38,584 nt of DNA from Candidatus Woesearchaeota archaeon (lineage in GTDB: Archaea; Nanobdellota; Nanobdellia; SCGC-AAA011-G17; JAPLZO01), in NCBI GenBank assembly GCA_026394995.1, contig JAPLZO010000043.1:1-38584 (forward strand), given 5' to 3'. Below the pieces are notes generated by a model. It made no database searches. It saw nothing but the letters and a program-made list of their open reading frames with translations, and was not told the DNA's origin. Both the position numbers and the translations under genes were made by a program. Shown here piece after piece: positions 36,427-38,584 of the stretch; the stretch's first letter is position 1; the number at the start of each line of letters is the position of its first letter.

Positions 36427-37851
36427 ATGATTGATTATAAAAAGCTTGATTTTAAGTGTGGTCTAGAGATACATAAACAATTAGAGACTCATAAATTATT
36501 CTGTAATTGTCCTTCTTTTGTAAATGATCCAAACAAACCTGATATAATAATAAACCGAAAGTTAAGATCAGTTGCAGGTGAAACAGGTACTTTAGATATA
36601 GCTGCTGAATATGAAAAATCTAAAAATAAAAATTTTGTTTATGAAGCATGCTCAACTTCTTCTTGTTTAGTTGAATTAGATGAAGAACCACCACATCCAA
36701 TAAATCAACATGCAATTGATATAGCTTTAGAAATTGCTCTATTATTAAATGCTAAAATAGTAGATGAAATACAAATAATGAGAAAAACAGTAATAGATGG
36801 CTCAAACACATCTGGTTTTCAAAGAACATCTTTAATAGCTTTAAATGGTTATATAGAAACTTCAAAAGGTCGAGTTCTAATACCTGAAATTTACTTAGAA
36901 GAAGAAGCTGCTAAAAAAATAAAAGAAGATGAAAAAACAATAATCTATAGATTAGATCGTTTAGGTGTTCCTTTAGTAGAAATAAAAACAGATTCTAGTA
37001 TAAAAGATCCAGAACATGCAAAAGAAACAGCAGCTTTAATTGGTATGATTCTAAAATCAACAGGTAAAGTTAAATCTGGCCTAGGAACAATAAGACAAGA
37101 TGTTAATATATCAATAATGAATAAAGCTAGAACAGAAATAAAAGGTTTTCAAGATTTAAGATCAATTCCAAAAGTCATTGAAAATGAAGTTAAAAGACAA
37201 TTGTCTATAATAGAAAGAAATGAAGAATTAAAAAACGAGGTTAGAAAAGCAGAAGATAATTTTACAACCACTTTTTTAAGACCAATGCCTGGTTCATCTC
37301 GTTTATACCCTGAAACAGATGTTCCCTTTGTTATAATAACAAAAGAAAGAATTTCTAAAATTAAGTTACCCGAACTTATTACAATAAAGGCCATGAAATT
37401 AGAAGAGATGTACAATCTACCTGCACAATTAGCAAGAGAGTTAATTAACAATAAAACATTTGAAAAGTTTGTAAACAAATATACAATAGAACCTTCTTTG
37501 ATAGCACATATTTTAATAGATATCCCAAAGGAAATTAAAAAAAGAAATAACTTAGATCCTAAAAAATTAAAAGAACAAGATTTTGAATTTATTTTAGATA
37601 ATTTAAATAAGAATATTATATCTAAAGAGGCTATTATTGATATCTTATCTGAGATTATTCAAAACAAAAAAATTGATATTAACAAATACAAATTGATATC
37701 TATAGATAATATAGAACAGGAAGTAAAGGATATGGTACAAAAAAATAAAGGTGCTTCTTTTAATGCTCTTATGGGTATTATAATGGAAAAATATCATGGT
37801 AAGATTGATGGCAAAAAAGCTTCTGAGTTAGTTAAAAAATACATTTCATAA
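36427..37851 (+). CDS. gatE: Glu-tRNA(Gln) amidotransferase subunit E (short form)
   Basis: CGLEIHKQL, CLVELDEEPPH, RKTVIDGSNTSGFQRT, LDRLGVPLVEI, GLGTIRQDVN, RPMPGSSRLYPETD. Confidence 0.93.
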   Translation: MIDYKKLDFKCGLEIHKQLETHKLFCNCPSFVNDPNKPDIIINRKLRSVAGETGTLDIAAEYEKSKNKNFVYEACSTSSCLVELDEEPPHPINQHAIDIALEIALLLNAKIVDEIQIMRKTVIDGSNTSGFQRTSLIALNGYIETSKGRVLIPEIYLEEEAAKKIKEDEKTIIYRLDRLGVPLVEIKTDSSIKDPEHAKETAALIGMILKSTGKVKSGLGTIRQDVNISIMNKARTEIKGFQDLRSIPKVIENEVKRQLSIIERNEELKNEVRKAEDNFTTTFLRPMPGSSRLYPETDVPFVIITKERISKIKLPELITIKAMKLEEMYNLPAQLARELINNKTFEKFVNKYTIEPSLIAHILIDIPKEIKKRNNLDPKKLKEQDFEFILDNLNKNIISKEAIIDILSEIIQNKKIDINKYKLISIDNIEQEVKDMVQKNKGASFNALMGIIMEKYHGKIDGKKASELVKKYIS

Positions 37852-37897
37852 GAATAAAAAAATTTATAAATAACAGAAAGTTGATTGTTCAATAACA

Positions 37898-38257
37898 ATG
37901 AAAAAAAGATTTAATAAATCAATTATAATATTATATATTTTGATTATTTTAATAATAGCCTTTGATGCTTTTTATTATATAAAATTTATTAATAATGAAA
38001 AATGGCAATGTTCTCAAATAATGTGTAAAAAAGTCAAAACAGTTCAAGAATGGACAGATGAAAATTGTGTAAATGATAAAGGTACTACAATGTGTAATGT
38101 AGTACTCAACAACGAAAAGCAACTTGTTCCTTTACAATCAATAAATCAACAAAACCTTCAACAGCTTCTAAATCAACAATGTCTTCAAGGATATTGCATA
38201 CAAGAAGTAAAAGTAAGACCTGTTAATTATACAATAGATACAACGTCTCAAAAGTAA
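37898..38257 (+). CDS. Small membrane-anchored protein with Cys residues, unknown function
   Basis: Basic N-terminus plus one TM; six Cys in the soluble part. Confidence 0.6.
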   Translation: MKKRFNKSIIILYILIILIIAFDAFYYIKFINNEKWQCSQIMCKKVKTVQEWTDENCVNDKGTTMCNVVLNNEKQLVPLQSINQQNLQQLLNQQCLQGYCIQEVKVRPVNYTIDTTSQK

Positions 38258-38294
38258 TAATATTTATATATTCTTATTCTTATAAATTTGTTTA

Positions 38295-38584
38295 ATGAAA
38301 AAGAGGAATATTTTTAAAATATTTTTTATATTGATATTATTTCTATTAGTTTTAGCAATTACAAAAGCAGATTTATACTGTTATGTTAATCAAACATGTA
38401 CATCTAGTATTGCTTTACTAAGATTTCAAAATGATTCTGGTGGAATGAATAATTCGCATGCTCAAATTTATGATTATCCTGATGCTTATAATTTTACATT
38501 ATGTTGTAATTCAACAAGTTATGAATTACAAAATAATTGTACTGGCGGTACAACAATTTTAAGATTAGAAAATTTAACAAATTC
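38295..38584 (+). CDS. Secreted Cys-containing protein, truncated by window edge
   Basis: MKKRNIFKIFFILILFLLVLAITKA-DLYCYVNQTC...NNSHAQ...LCCN...ILRLENLTN; open to the end of the window. Confidence 0.65.
   Translation, partial: MKKRNIFKIFFILILFLLVLAITKADLYCYVNQTCTSSIALLRFQNDSGGMNNSHAQIYDYPDAYNFTLCCNSTSYELQNNCTGGTTILRLENLTN

Noticed and set aside
2822..37478. Short ORF-track entries antisense to real genes (e.g. 2822, 3082, 5514, 5969, 8049, 10690, 14435, 20275, 21066, 28533, 29871, 30300, 30910, 33795, 34185, 35848, 37149) and the alternate-frame ORF at 19186
   Set aside because: They overlap well-supported genes and have no motifs; these are shadow ORFs.

Overview
Very AT-rich archaeal window, most consistent with a DPANN (Woesearchaeota/Pacearchaeota-like) genome: it has GatD/GatE, ABCE1, TrmB, an ATP-dependent ligase, FtsZ, BHB-intron tRNAs and TATA-type promoters. 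The left end holds the 3' end of smc and a MoxR-DUF58-VWA operon. About 3.1-20.7 kb is a cell-surface island. It has two uncalled ribbon-helix-helix-like genes, each overlapping the next ATG by 11 nt, and a divergent pair of large membrane-anchored proteins that share a basic N-terminal 'GKKxGPYYY' module and appear to start at non-ATG codons (TTG, ATA). It also has three secreted proteins sharing a GNVGIG-type module (one with a GC-shifted cassette between GGCAACGTCGG repeats) and a Cys-rich class III pilin-like gene with a GC-shifted tip followed by an in-frame orphan tip. The 21.4-22.5 kb region has three intron-containing tRNAs (Thr-GGT with two introns, Leu-TAA with a D-loop intron, Thr-CGT) and a free-standing LAGLIDADG gene with an apparent promoter-replacing insertion footprint. 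A family of ~35-bp palindromes occurs between genes, inside a coding sequence and inside a tRNA intron. The rest is housekeeping: adk, ABCE1, nrdJ, thyA-like, argS, TrmB, lig, nitroreductase, ftsZ, gatD, DUF504 and a short gatE. All family calls are by eye from motifs; no searches were run.
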